A stretch of 64,000 nucleotides of DNA from the IMG/VR virus record IMGVR_UViG_3300015608_005401, positions 10,686 through 74,685 of that record. One strand, written 5' to 3'. Below, in pieces: positions 9,933 through 20,700 of the stretch (its first letter is position 1; the number at the start of each line of letters is the position of its first letter). The position numbers and the translations under genes were made by a program. This DNA is from a virus (Duplodnaviria; Caudoviricetes). Under the pieces are notes generated by a model. It saw only the letters and a list, made by a program, of their open reading frames with translations. It was not told the DNA's origin and searched no databases.

Positions 9933-10409
9933 ATGTTTATGATGAATAGGCTTGCTATATTAATATTTTTTTGTTATATTTGTATAACAAATCACTACGT
10001 CATGGCACAAACTCACATTTACAAAGGTCGGTACAAAAACACATCAGATATTCTATACACCTGGGATGGTAAGCACCTTTACAGAGGTCGATTCACAAAC
10101 ACAAATGATATTCTTTATACATTTGATGGTAAGTATTTGTATAGAGGTCGATTCACAAACACAAATGATGTTCTTTATTCTGTATATGGTAATAATGTTT
10201 ATCGTGGTAGGTATAATGATTTATCATGCTTAGTTATCAACTTTGATAGAAATAATATATATGAGGGTAGATACAATAATCTATCTGATATTAAATTGAC
10301 CCAAAAAAATAATTATATTTATCCAAATAGATACAACAATCTATCAGAGATTATGTATAATACTGACGGTAATGTTCCTTTGTTCTTCTTTGGAACAATT
10401 ATCAAATAA
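9933..10409 (+). CDS. secreted protein made of six 20-aa tandem repeats
   Basis: Signal peptide, then units like KHLYRGRFTNTNDILYTFDG; 60-bp DNA repeats visible at about 10021-10200. Confidence 0.7.
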   Translation: MFMMNRLAILIFFCYICITNHYVMAQTHIYKGRYKNTSDILYTWDGKHLYRGRFTNTNDILYTFDGKYLYRGRFTNTNDVLYSVYGNNVYRGRYNDLSCLVINFDRNNIYEGRYNNLSDIKLTQKNNYIYPNRYNNLSEIMYNTDGNVPLFFFGTIIK

Positions 10410-10499
10410 GGAGGTTTGGCAGAGCGGTCGAATGCGGCAGTCTTGAAAACTGCTTTACTCGTGAGGGTAACCGGGGTTCGAATCCCTGAGCCTCCGCCA
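10410..10499 (+). tRNA. tRNA-Ser(TGA)
   Basis: GGAGGTT/AGCCTCC acceptor stem, G73, encoded CCA, loop CTTGAAA, long variable arm. Confidence 0.93.
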
Positions 10500-10501
10500 A
10501 T

Positions 10502-10617
10502 ACAAGAGTGGCGGAAACAAACATTTTGCTAGTGAAGTGTTAATAGTAGACGTGACCTGATTAAAGGGTTGATTGATAGGTAACTAAATCGTGTTGGTGC
10601 GAGTCCAGCCTCTTGTA
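10502..10617 (+). tRNA. atypical Leu-type tRNA, D-loop hairpin insertion, ambiguous anticodon (TAA or TTA)
   Basis: ACAAGAG/CTCTTGT stem, A73, GGCGGAA..GTAGACG Leu-type D region, long variable arm, T-arm GTTGG-TGCGAGT-CCAGC. Confidence 0.55.
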
Positions 10618-10620
10618 CAA

Positions 10621-10649
10621 AAAAACCCACTCAATGAGTGGGTTTTTTT
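10621..10649. terminator. bidirectional intrinsic terminator
   Basis: AAAAACCCACTC-AAT-GAGTGGGTTTTTTT between convergent units. Confidence 0.85.
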
Positions 10650-10650
10650 A

Positions 10651-11907
10651 TTAATATGGTTCTATTGTATTCATATTATAAAGTACATTTGTAGAGGAAC
10701 CTGCAAAAACATTCCATGCTGAGAATCCAACAGTTTGTCCGCTAGGTCTATTACCTTTTGATATAACATCAAGTCCTAAAAATAGATTATCACTAACAGT
10801 GGATGAATAAGCATTCCAAAGTGTTTCAACCGCACTTCCTGCACCTGTGTGGAGATATAACCCATCTAATAATATAGAACCACTCCAATCACCTACTTCA
10901 AGTAATGGATCTGTGAGTATAAAATGAGCATGTCTATCACTTTTTTCTAAGTTAAGAGAAGTTCTATGTATTCTCATTCTAGCTGAGTCATTTATTGATA
11001 AGCTGTCAAAGATTAAGAACGACTCATCACCAATATTAACAGTTGGATTAGGATTCCAAGTATTAGTCATTGATAAATAGCTGTTTGTCATGAACAATCT
11101 ACAAGATGACATTTTAATCATTAGTTGTCTATAATCCTGACAGTTATTAATGAATGATATAGTAGAGTTATTTATAGTAAGTTTTGTATTTATAATATCT
11201 ATTATACTAAGAACATTAGGACCTTCTTGTTGTTGAGGTTGAGTCTGAGTACTGTTTATTTTTACATTATCTATATTAATATTATGTGCCTCGGAAATAA
11301 TAGACTTTATAAATGTGAAATTTGTAACTATTAGTGATGATTCTTTACCTGTGCTGGATAATCTAAAAGTAGAGTTATTATTCATCGTTATTATAGGAGT
11401 ATCATTAGTTGATGAAATTCTCCATTCTACTCCATTCTCAAGATGTAATGAAACTTTTGATGCTGCGCCAGACACTCCCAGCGTTATAGTGGTTCCATAA
11501 ATATTTTCATCATAATAACCAGACCAAACATGAACTGTGTAGCGTGTACCATCAACACTGGATAAATTTGCAGCATCTTGTAATGCGTTTTTAATATTAC
11601 GCCAAGGCTTAAATAAATTACCAAGCTCAGCTGTAGTATCATTACCCTTTATATCAACAAATAGTGTTTGTGAGTAAGTTAGACCTACACCACCGCCTCC
11701 ACCACCACTAATAGTTACATCAGCTGTTGTACCAGAAGCAACAACAGTTGCTCCAGATACAAAATTAATATTACTAACACCAGTTACAACTACAGAGCCT
11801 GATGTTGAAACATCTACAGAGTAACCTGATGTTCCACTTGATCCAGAAGATCCTGATGTTCCACTTGATCCAGAAGATCCTGATGTTCCACTTGATCCAG
11901 AAGTCAT
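10651..11907 (-). CDS. fiber/virion-like protein with SSGSSGTSG low-complexity repeats, 5' truncated
   Basis: Starts directly in the Ser/Gly repeat; LFVDIKGNDTTAELGNLFKPWRNI beta-helix-type entry; Asn/Ile-rich body. Confidence 0.6.
   Translation of the reverse strand: MTSGSSGTSGSSGSSGTSGSSGSSGTSGYSVDVSTSGSVVVTGVSNINFVSGATVVASGTTADVTISGGGGGGVGLTYSQTLFVDIKGNDTTAELGNLFKPWRNIKNALQDAANLSSVDGTRYTVHVWSGYYDENIYGTTITLGVSGAASKVSLHLENGVEWRISSTNDTPIITMNNNSTFRLSSTGKESSLIVTNFTFIKSIISEAHNINIDNVKINSTQTQPQQQEGPNVLSIIDIINTKLTINNSTISFINNCQDYRQLMIKMSSCRLFMTNSYLSMTNTWNPNPTVNIGDESFLIFDSLSINDSARMRIHRTSLNLEKSDRHAHFILTDPLLEVGDWSGSILLDGLYLHTGAGSAVETLWNAYSSTVSDNLFLGLDVISKGNRPSGQTVGFSAWNVFAGSSTNVLYNMNTIEPY
11824..11903. 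repeat. 27-bp tandem repeat, about 3 copies (coding)
   Basis: CCTGATGTTCCACTTGATCCAGAAGAT repeated with no spacers; encodes SSGSSGTSG on the minus strand. Confidence 0.9.
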
Positions 11908-12293
11908 TTGATAGTATTAGAAAAAGATGGGATGGCGTTTTGATATTTTTACATATTGAAGAGTGTACTCAAGAAGGTCTTTTCTTTTTAGCAAGATGTA
12001 TGGATAAAAGATATTGGGAACACGGTAATAAATGGAGAATTGAATTATCAGTTGGTGATGTAGAACACATGAACGGTGATAGACCAATAAATTATAATTT
12101 ATTTAGAGCATTTCAAGAAGGTGATAATGAACAAGTTATTATGGATGAGTTTAAATCATTATTTGATAATATGATGCACCATTTTAATCATGATAACTTT
12201 ATGACGCACTACAATATGAATAGAAAAGAATATCATCTTGTTGATGAAACAGCATTTGATAGAAGAGTTAAATTAGAAAAATTAGGATTATGA
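11904..12293 (+). pseudogene. 5'-truncated hypothetical protein ending RRVKLEKLGL
   Basis: Open frame from SFDSIRKRW with no native start; abuts the repeat junction. Confidence 0.5.
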
Positions 12294-12453
12294 GAAACTT
12301 TATTACAGCCCTTATTTTAATTGTTGTTGGACAATCATTGGCTTACTTACAACTACAAAGTCAATTCTTTTGGACGTGGGCTAAGAACCATCCTTTATTA
12401 ATGTCGATGTACCTGTTGAAGACGTTTCTGTCCAAAAGAAAGGTAAGAAGTAA
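12290..12453 (+). pseudogene. membrane-protein 5' part fused out of frame to the 3' end of another gene (DVPVEDVSVQKKGKK*)
   Basis: Frame switch near 12405; the second fragment is followed directly by a terminator. Confidence 0.45.
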
Positions 12454-12471
12454 TCACACTTCTATTAAAAG

Positions 12472-12507
12472 AAACCCTTTGATTAATTTCAAAGGGTTTT
12501 TTGTTTT
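12472..12507 (+). terminator. intrinsic terminator
   Basis: AAACCCTTTGA-TTAATT-TCAAAGGGTTTTTTGTTTT. Confidence 0.85.
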
Positions 12508-12532
12508 AAAAATATTTGTGTATATTTGTGAA

Positions 12533-12756
12533 ATGAAAACTACTAAAGGAGATATTTTAATTTGTTCAACCGGTTAGAACAAAATCTTATAGTAGGTGAT
12601 AAGTATAAAGTATTAGATGTAATTGAAATGGCTGAGAAAGTTATTTTAGATTTAATACACATAGATACTAATTGTAGAGTTGGTTTATTTGATGATAAGT
12701 GCTTTATACCATTAGATGTTTATCGTGAATTTCAACTAAGAAAGATATTAGAATAA
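12533..12756 (+). CDS. small hypothetical protein with an apparent 1-nt frameshift near 12573
   Basis: TATATTTG promoter, then MKTTKGDILICSTG; continues in another frame as LEQNLIVGDKY...REFQLRKILE. Confidence 0.55.
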
Positions 12757-13292
12757 TGTTAAAAGGAAAAGACATATTTACATTTGTAAGATTTGGTGGT
12801 CTTGACTTGAAGAACCAAAAAGGTTTTTCTCAAGATCCTGAGACTTATCATCAACCACCAGCTTCTCGTGGCTTTTATGCTATGCCTAAAATTGCTCAAG
12901 AGTTCTTTTTAGTTGGTTCTTTGAGTTCCACTCAACCAGGAGTTTTTGCAAAAGCCGGTGATAATGTAAAAAATAAAAAAGTAGAAGATCCAAACTATTG
13001 GAGAAATAAACTTCGTCAAATCCGTAAAGAATTTAGAAAAACTGATGGTGAAATCTGGCATCATCTTGAAGAATATACTGATATCAAAGATATTCTACAA
13101 AGACACGGCTCTTGGGTAAAAACTGATATTAAAGTTTGGGCCAAAGCCTTTTCTAAAATGTCTACTATCATGAGATATGGTAGAGCCAAATATGATTTAG
13201 ATAGTGGCATTGATAAACCAGGTGATGGTAAAGGTGTTGTTGGTTGGTATTCTAAAGACCACTGTGAAGTATTTTTTGATGAAAAAGTTTAA
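12756..13292 (+). CDS. hypothetical phage protein
   Basis: 178-aa ORF coupled to its neighbours. Confidence 0.7.
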   Translation: MLKGKDIFTFVRFGGLDLKNQKGFSQDPETYHQPPASRGFYAMPKIAQEFFLVGSLSSTQPGVFAKAGDNVKNKKVEDPNYWRNKLRQIRKEFRKTDGEIWHHLEEYTDIKDILQRHGSWVKTDIKVWAKAFSKMSTIMRYGRAKYDLDSGIDKPGDGKGVVGWYSKDHCEVFFDEKV

Positions 13293-13294
13293 TT

Positions 13295-14041
13295 ATGTTG
13301 TACGATAAAATATATGACTTCTGTAAAGTAAGAAACTTTGGTAGTGTTTATTCAAATTCAGATAAACCAACACCGCGAGTTCAATTTCTTATGCAACTTT
13401 TAGAATCAGAAAGTATTGATTATGAACTTGATACTTATCAATCAAGAGGTACAACTTGTTTTAATCTTATATTAAAAGGTACATCTAATAGAATGGTTGT
13501 TGCACATCACGATATTAGTAATCCACATATTGATAATGCTAATGACAACTCAGCATCTGTTATTAATGCTATTTCTATTAAGAAATTAATGCCTGAAATG
13601 AATATTGTTCTTTTAGATGGTGAAGAATGTGGTGGTTTAGGCTCTCAAAGAGTCTCAGATCAAATTAATAATGGTTATTTTGGTAAAATTGACTGGGTTC
13701 TTAATTTAGAATTAACTGGTCGTGGTGGAAAGTATTTCTTTATTGGTAACTATCCTGGTAAATTATCAGACCATATCAAATCAATCTTTGATTGTCCTAT
13801 TACAAATACTCCTTATAATGATTCCATTACCTTTAGAAAGAACGGAATTGATTCTTGTGTTATTAATCCTATTCCACCTTTGAATGAAGGTAAAAAGTCT
13901 CAAGTTAAATGGGATGATAATACCTACTTAGATTATTCCATGTTATATAACTGTCACTCTTCTAAAGATACTATTGAGACTATTAGTGTGAGTGATATGA
14001 AAGAGTTTGTTGAAGATGTTGTGTTGAAAATACTGGCATAA
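13295..14041 (+). CDS. M28-family metallopeptidase
   Basis: VVAHHD, NANDNSAS, LDGEECGGLGS, LNLEL, NCHSSKD. Confidence 0.85.
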   Translation: MLYDKIYDFCKVRNFGSVYSNSDKPTPRVQFLMQLLESESIDYELDTYQSRGTTCFNLILKGTSNRMVVAHHDISNPHIDNANDNSASVINAISIKKLMPEMNIVLLDGEECGGLGSQRVSDQINNGYFGKIDWVLNLELTGRGGKYFFIGNYPGKLSDHIKSIFDCPITNTPYNDSITFRKNGIDSCVINPIPPLNEGKKSQVKWDDNTYLDYSMLYNCHSSKDTIETISVSDMKEFVEDVVLKILA

Positions 14042-14079
14042 AAAATTAATATATACTGATATAAAATTCAGTTGTATTA

Positions 14080-14553
14080 ATGAAACATTTACAAACATTC
14101 GAGGGATATAATATTAGAAATCCTTACATAGATAAGAGAGTTCAATCTAGTAGAGCTCCTCAAGAAATCGCCTATCTTAAAGAACCTGTTGAAATTAGAA
14201 TTGATGTTGAGAAGGTAACACATGCTGGTGATAGACAATTCAGACACGGTCTTGATGAAAAAATAACAAATGATGATATTGTTGAAACAGTTGAGTTAGC
14301 AATTGAAGAATTGACTATTGCTTTAATGCAAGATAAATTTAATATTTATCAAGAAGAAGATAACTATCCTACAAAAGGTGTAAGAGCCGGTGAGCCAAAT
14401 AGATTTGTAATTAAGAATAAAACAAATGATTTGAATGTTGTTTGTCAATTAACACCAGGTGATAATGAGTTCAAATTAACCGTTATTACTGTTATGAAAA
14501 AGGCAGACTTTAGAGCTTATCAAGGGCAATATGTAATTGAAGTTCAATCGTAA
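14080..14553 (+). CDS. hypothetical protein, capsid-targeting-like N-terminus
   Basis: MKHLQTFEGY; TTAATATATA upstream. Confidence 0.7.
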   Translation: MKHLQTFEGYNIRNPYIDKRVQSSRAPQEIAYLKEPVEIRIDVEKVTHAGDRQFRHGLDEKITNDDIVETVELAIEELTIALMQDKFNIYQEEDNYPTKGVRAGEPNRFVIKNKTNDLNVVCQLTPGDNEFKLTVITVMKKADFRAYQGQYVIEVQS

Positions 14554-14924
14554 TGAAACATTTAAGAAAGTTTAATGAGTCTAAGGAAGAGATAAACGAG
14601 CAGATTATTAAAGACTGTTTTTCTCACACCTTTGATTTATCCGAATCATTTGATATAAGTGATGCCTATTTTAATGTTATGAGAAAGAGAGATTGGGCAA
14701 GTAATGATTTTAGCAATGACCACACTGCATGTGATTTAGGATTTGATATTTCTATAGATCATAAATTTTATGATAAAACAGATATGTCTGACTTTGAAAA
14801 ATATGTTGAAATGATAAATCAATTATTAGAAGATGTTAAAAGATTTACCGAGTTATACTCACCTAAGGATATTTTCTTTGAAGAAGGTGGTAATTCAGAA
14901 ATACATATATTAATACAACCATGA
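14553..14924 (+). CDS. hypothetical protein, capsid-targeting-like N-terminus
   Basis: MKHLRKFNES. Confidence 0.7.
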   Translation: MKHLRKFNESKEEINEQIIKDCFSHTFDLSESFDISDAYFNVMRKRDWASNDFSNDHTACDLGFDISIDHKFYDKTDMSDFEKYVEMINQLLEDVKRFTELYSPKDIFFEEGGNSEIHILIQP

Positions 14925-15397
14925 AACACTTAAATAGATTTAACGAAAACTGGGTTCCAGATGAAAGCAGATTACAAAAAGATTTCACAGAAGATGACAA
15001 GAAATTCTTTGATAGTGTATTTGCTGAATTCATAGATATGGGTGCTACTTCTGAACTATATGATAGTGAGGTAACACATTTTCAAGGTGGTGGATCTAAC
15101 GCAAGCTATAAACAAAAAGTCAAAAGGTACAGAATATTTCTTAATTTGGCTAATATGACTTCTAAAAAACATAGTCCTTCACGAATAATAGATTTAGTTA
15201 AATATACAACTGAATTAAATGAATTGGTATTAGAAGTTCAATCATGTTTTAATAAGATAAAAGAAGAAGAAGATTATAAATATATTGGTAGTCATACACA
15301 TACTAATAAAGAATCAAAAGTTCGTTTGCACTATGGTGGATATGATGAAGGTGACGTACCTGATAGATTTAATATAGTATTAGAATTATATAGATAA
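14921..15397 (+). CDS. hypothetical protein, capsid-targeting-like N-terminus
   Basis: MKHLNRFNEN. Confidence 0.7.
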   Translation: MKHLNRFNENWVPDESRLQKDFTEDDKKFFDSVFAEFIDMGATSELYDSEVTHFQGGGSNASYKQKVKRYRIFLNLANMTSKKHSPSRIIDLVKYTTELNELVLEVQSCFNKIKEEEDYKYIGSHTHTNKESKVRLHYGGYDEGDVPDRFNIVLELYR

Positions 15398-15432
15398 AAA
15401 AAGCCTCAGATTAATCTGAGGCTTTTCTTTTT
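15396..15432. terminator. bidirectional intrinsic terminator
   Basis: AAAAGCCTCAGA-TTAA-TCTGAGGCTTTT. Confidence 0.85.
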
Positions 15433-15449
15433 TTCTGGTAGAATCAATC

Positions 15450-16577
15450 TTAACCAACCGTTAAGAAGATTTTACGAGACATTCTATCCACTGATAAAAC
15501 CTTCACTTTAATTGCCTGACCAGCACTGAATTTTTTACCAAGTTTCTCCATTTCTGAAGTGTGGATAAGACCAACAGTTTCATCATCAAGATTAACTAAT
15601 GTTCCGAATGCTTTCACATCCTTAACAGTACCTTCGATAATTTGACCGTTTTTGATTGTGTCCCAAAGAGTCTCACGAAGGATTTGAGTCAAGATAATTT
15701 TATCTTTAATCACATCCTTAATGTAGAACTCGATTTGGAATCCTGGTGAAATTGTTGTCAATTTCTCAGCCCACTCAGGATTAACGTTTGCTTTGTGAAT
15801 CATTCCAGTCAAGCATTCGTTGAACTCCACGAACACACCAAATGGTGTAGTTCCTGTAACGTGACCGCTGTAGATTTTTCCATACTCTAATTCCTTAATT
15901 GCTTCAGGGATAAGAGTTTGAAGATATTTACGGCGAGAAACGATGTAGGTTCCTTCTTGTTGAGCATAAGATTCAATCATAACATTGAATGTTTGTCCAA
16001 CAATAGAATTTGGATCGTGTAGTTTGTTGATACCGGCAAGTGTGTTAGGCATAAATCCTGGTAAAGTAACTCCACCGTGACTCAATTCAACATCATAACC
16101 AGCTGGGTTAAGACTCTTAACTGTAACCATAACTGGTAGAGAAGTGCGTTTGCCTTTCTTATCACATTCACCTTCAACAAGTGCTTTAAGTTTGGCATGT
16201 GCTCTTGATTCGTAAAGAGAAGAAACACTTCCTTTAATCATAAAAGCATCTTGATTTACTTCAGTGATTAGCACATCAATCATATCACCCATGTTTAGGT
16301 TCTTGAAGTACTTTGATTCACTAACTCTATCATCTACACGAACATCGTCTTTATATCCTGGAACACTAAATATAAATTGGCCTGCTGACTTACCAACATA
16401 TTTAGCTGAGATAACTTGTCCTTCTTCAGGGATAGCAATTTCTTCAAGTCTATAAAGTTTTAACATTTCTTGGTACTCTTTACTGTTCTTGTTTCGAGAA
16501 CCTTTTCGAGAAAACTCGACTTCGCTAAAGATGTCAATTAGTTCCTCATTTCCGATTGTGTTTTTTATCATATTCAT
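15450..16577 (-). CDS. rpsA: ribosomal protein S1-like protein (several S1/OB domains)
   Basis: GHVTGTTPFGVFVEF..GMIHKA; GTVKDVKAFGTLVNL..GLIHTSEM..VKVLSVDRMSRKIFL. Confidence 0.8.
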   Translation of the reverse strand: MNMIKNTIGNEELIDIFSEVEFSRKGSRNKNSKEYQEMLKLYRLEEIAIPEEGQVISAKYVGKSAGQFIFSVPGYKDDVRVDDRVSESKYFKNLNMGDMIDVLITEVNQDAFMIKGSVSSLYESRAHAKLKALVEGECDKKGKRTSLPVMVTVKSLNPAGYDVELSHGGVTLPGFMPNTLAGINKLHDPNSIVGQTFNVMIESYAQQEGTYIVSRRKYLQTLIPEAIKELEYGKIYSGHVTGTTPFGVFVEFNECLTGMIHKANVNPEWAEKLTTISPGFQIEFYIKDVIKDKIILTQILRETLWDTIKNGQIIEGTVKDVKAFGTLVNLDDETVGLIHTSEMEKLGKKFSAGQAIKVKVLSVDRMSRKIFLTVG

Positions 16578-16634
16578 ATTTTTTAATAGTTACAAAGTAA
16601 TATATTCTTTCCGAGTTTAATTGTTTAGTTCAAA

Positions 16635-17042
16635 TTAAAAATTTCTTTTAATGTTATTTCTATTCATATAATCACGAACTCTTGCCGCTTCTTCATACTT
16701 TTCTTTTTTGATTAAGTCGTCAAGTTTTATATTTAATTCTTTTGTGATTTCTTCTATACTTTTTTCTTTAGAAAGTTGTTTTATATCATCAATAAAAGAA
16801 TTATAAAAATTCTCCATTTGAGATATATCTAAGAAATACACAGGTACAGGAACGGGAAGTAATTTCTGTTCAGATTTTTCTCCCTCATTTAATTCCTTTA
16901 GTCTATCACTATGTTTTAGTTTTTTTATAAACTCATCAGTTAGTGCTGAGTTTTCAACTAAGTATTTTGCCAAATGGTAAGGTCGATTTTTAAACATCTT
17001 TAACAGTATCACTAAACTGCGATATAGCTCTTCGTTTTCCAT
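16635..17042 (-). CDS. protein with a C-terminal UvrB/UvrC coiled-coil motif
   Basis: LDDLIKKEKYEEAARVRD. Confidence 0.65.
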   Translation of the reverse strand: MENEELYRSLVILLKMFKNRPYHLAKYLVENSALTDEFIKKLKHSDRLKELNEGEKSEQKLLPVPVPVYFLDISQMENFYNSFIDDIKQLSKEKSIEEITKELNIKLDDLIKKEKYEEAARVRDYMNRNNIKRNF

Positions 17043-17072
17043 AAGTATTTTATTTAATATTAGATAAGTTGT

Positions 17073-17762
17073 TTAGATTTTCTCAAACAAAATATTAAAA
17101 TAGTAGTCAAAGTTATATTGACTTGTAGGTTTTTCTTGTGTAAATAATAATTTAACTTTAGAATCATCAAATGATAAATCAACTTGTTTTTTCTTAAAAA
17201 GATTAATATCTGATACTATATTAGGATTCCAAGTATTTTTGTATCTTAATACATTTTGACTTCTTAGGTCTTTATAAGATATATAAAGGTCTAATCTGCT
17301 GAATTTATATCTATTAATAACATTACTATCAATATATCTTCTGATAGCGGTGTCAATATCATTTGTTTTTGTCATAGGATTTAAAATCCCTTCAAATGTT
17401 CTATATCTTTTTAGTACTGCAAAAAGATAATCACTTAATATACTCTTTAGATCTACATCTATTATCCATTTGGCGTTAGATTCTTTTTGATAGTTTAATT
17501 GAGACTCATCTAAATATAACTTTTGATAACCATTTAGACTATCTGATGAAGAATATACCTTTGTCGGTAGTGATGACTCAATAGCCAAATCTACTTGTTC
17601 GCCCGTAGCTCTTTGATAGTATATTATATTTTGATTAGATATGTATATGCTATCCTCAATTTCAAGCATTTTAGCACTGAAGAAATTACTTTCCTCGACC
17701 ATATTAAATGTGCCGTATATAGGTGTGTTGTTATACTCTGGTGACATGTAACTTCTTCTCAT
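17073..17762 (-). CDS. hypothetical (probable virion structural) protein
   Basis: 229-aa ORF in an operon with two very large proteins. Confidence 0.6.
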   Translation of the reverse strand: MRRSYMSPEYNNTPIYGTFNMVEESNFFSAKMLEIEDSIYISNQNIIYYQRATGEQVDLAIESSLPTKVYSSSDSLNGYQKLYLDESQLNYQKESNAKWIIDVDLKSILSDYLFAVLKRYRTFEGILNPMTKTNDIDTAIRRYIDSNVINRYKFSRLDLYISYKDLRSQNVLRYKNTWNPNIVSDINLFKKKQVDLSFDDSKVKLLFTQEKPTSQYNFDYYFNILFEKI

Positions 17763-17763
17763 A

Positions 17764-20700
17764 TTATAAACTTATATTTTTATTAGCCGTTTGAACTCCT
17801 AAGAAATTAGCATTTTTAACTAATGTTTTATTAGACTCTTCTTTTTTCTTTATTTCTAAATTGTTTGATGTTATGTAGTGATAGTTATAATCCCACGTTG
17901 ATTTAAATATAAATGAATCAACAACAGTATAGCCAAATTCATCTAACATTGGATAAATTGATTTTTGATTTTTAACATTATAAAGCTTTAGTATATCTTC
18001 TTTGTGATTAATTTTTCTAATTTTTCTTTCCTTCATTATACCAAATGATGTTAATGTTGTATCAAATTTGTAATTTTCTTCTATTAGAGTGTTGGAATCT
18101 AACTTTGGAGATTCAAATAAGTCTATAGAGTAGAATATTGGCATATAAAATCCACTAAACCTGTATATAACATCACTAGTAATATTAATAGAACCACTGT
18201 AGTTTATAGTTGGCTTTGGAACATTCTTATTAGAGTTTATTTCAACCGCCACTGCTGTTTTATTATAATAATTTAAGTTTGATAAATCAGGATTTATAGA
18301 TGATAAAACTTTTGTAGGTTTTAATTCTTTAGGTGAATCAACTATTTTAAACTCTAAAGAGTGAGCTTTCATTACAACTTCATCCGGTACTTCACATTTT
18401 ATAAAATATGGTAGTCCTGCAATATTATCATGATTATATCTCTGAATACTATTATCTTCATTTATTATTATGTAATTTACATAATCTGTAAATCCATATT
18501 TATTTGAAATATCGTTAATACATTCTATGAAATTATGAGCTGTTAATTTTGTATTTAACTCATTATACATATTATCTCTTTCATTCTCAGATATTCCAGG
18601 TATTGTATTGTCAGCTATATCAATGTTTATAAGAACATTTTTCCACTTTTTATTTATGTAGATATTAATACCATTCTCTAATGTAGAATTAGAAGCATTA
18701 CTATTAATCATATAGTAAGAATTATTCATCTCTATTATAGGATTTAATGATGAGCTGTAAGCTAAGCTTGTATCTGGCACCAGTGAATATATTCTTAACC
18801 AATCAGATGAAATGCCTGGTTCATTACCAGACATAACAGATGTTAGTGATTTATAGACTATACTATTGTGTATTGTGTATTGATTTATATTATAAGATAT
18901 ACTTGGGTTCCACAATTGAACTACTGACCATTTTGGATTTGATGATTGAGTAGCAACCCAATAGTATCTACCAACAGTTTCATAGACACTATAACCATCC
19001 AAAAGACTTCTTTTTGAGCTATAAACATTTGAAAAAGCATAAGGTTCTTTGTAATCTGGTCTGTGATGATTAGATGATGTCATAGACATATAATATTGAC
19101 CTTTAAATAAAACAACCTCACTCTGTGTATAACCATTAACTGAGTCTGACTTTATAGGATTCCAAAAGTCATCACCCGTAGAAGAATTACATATATAGTA
19201 GTCTCCGCTATTATAAACAATAACGCCACCGGTTCCTACGCCCGCTCCAGGATAGGTCAATGATGGATTCCAAAATATTGAACTAAAGGTAGGAGAATAT
19301 ACTGACCAACCTGATTGATTATAAGGTGCAGAAATTGCTTTTTTAATATTAACATATTCTTTAACAGGGTTTGTGACGATATTACTACTTGTTGATGATA
19401 TGTATAATATATCATCTTTTAAAACTATATCACCGTTATTATAAGTTTTATCCATTTTCCAATCATCAAAAATTGTCCAATTCATTAAATTTTGAGATTG
19501 TGTTAAAACGCCTATATTATTACCAACCGGAGAGTCAATAACTGACCAATCATTATCTGATAGTAGGATTGAGAATTTATATCCATCAAATGTGTTTGAT
19601 GTTTTTAAATTAAATACTTCTATTTTACCAGTCTCATCTTTTTTAACATCTTCAACATCATAGATTAAAAATTTCAGTCCTTTGAATAAAGTAATGTTTG
19701 GTATTGATTTATCAGCTCTGTTAAATAAAGAGTATTTTTTTGAATTTTTATTAATTTTATAATTATCAAATCTTGCATTTTTTTCAAAAAAGTGTGAAAA
19801 ATAGTCAAAACTATAAGTTGCTGAATATGTCCCATTTGAATATGTCGCCATATTAAGATATTTATCTAATTCAAATTTGAATGATGTATCAATACCATTT
19901 ACATTTTGACTCTCAACGTGTAGTGTATGATGTATGTATGAGAATGTGGATGAATTTATTGTATAGAAGTAGTCTAAATTTCTTTCAATTCTTTTAGGAT
20001 TTGGATCAAAAGGATTAACACTTCTATTATAGTCTTCAAATATCAATGAGTTATTCAATAGATATGGTACATCATTAGCAGATAAAGAGTTTTGAAATCC
20101 CCATCTACAATATGTGCTATTTTTTCTCCATATTTCAGAAAGATCACCATTATCTATTTTAAATGTTTCATGATTTGCAGTATATTCAGATGAGACGGGT
20201 ATATTAGAAACCACCTCTTTGAATATAAAGTCATCATAATGTTTAGGTATTGATTTACTTCTTAAATCAACTAAGTATAATTTAGTCTCATCTGTTTCTG
20301 TTAAATCATATTTATTTTCATATTCAAATTTTGAATATTCAGTATCTACAATTCTTGTATCAAAATCTTTAATATCTGTAAATTTTAATTTATAGATATT
20401 AAATTTCTTAGGCGGATTATCAGCATCTACCACAAAGCTAACTTTTTTAGTATAACTTGGATCATTCTTATTAATCCAGTACTCGTAGTCATTTTCATTT
20501 ATTCTGAATGAATAGTCACTATTAATTCTTACTTTTGTAGTAGTGGTTAGTATTCCATTTACTAACTCAGGACTAGTTTCTCTTACTAAATTATGAAACA
20601 CTCCATCAATTTCAATTAACCAAACATCAGCTGTGTCCCATTCTGGAATTTGATAATTTGTATTATCATAGTTTAATATTCTATTAGGGTAAGCAGAATT

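Noticed and set aside
11824-11903. 27-bp direct repeats as a CRISPR array
   Set aside because: The repeats are contiguous with no spacers and encode SSGSSGTSG on the minus strand; no cas genes in the window
16110-16175. Intein remnant in the S1-like protein (GECDKKGKRTSLP)
   Set aside because: Too short and lacks the terminal His-Asn motif
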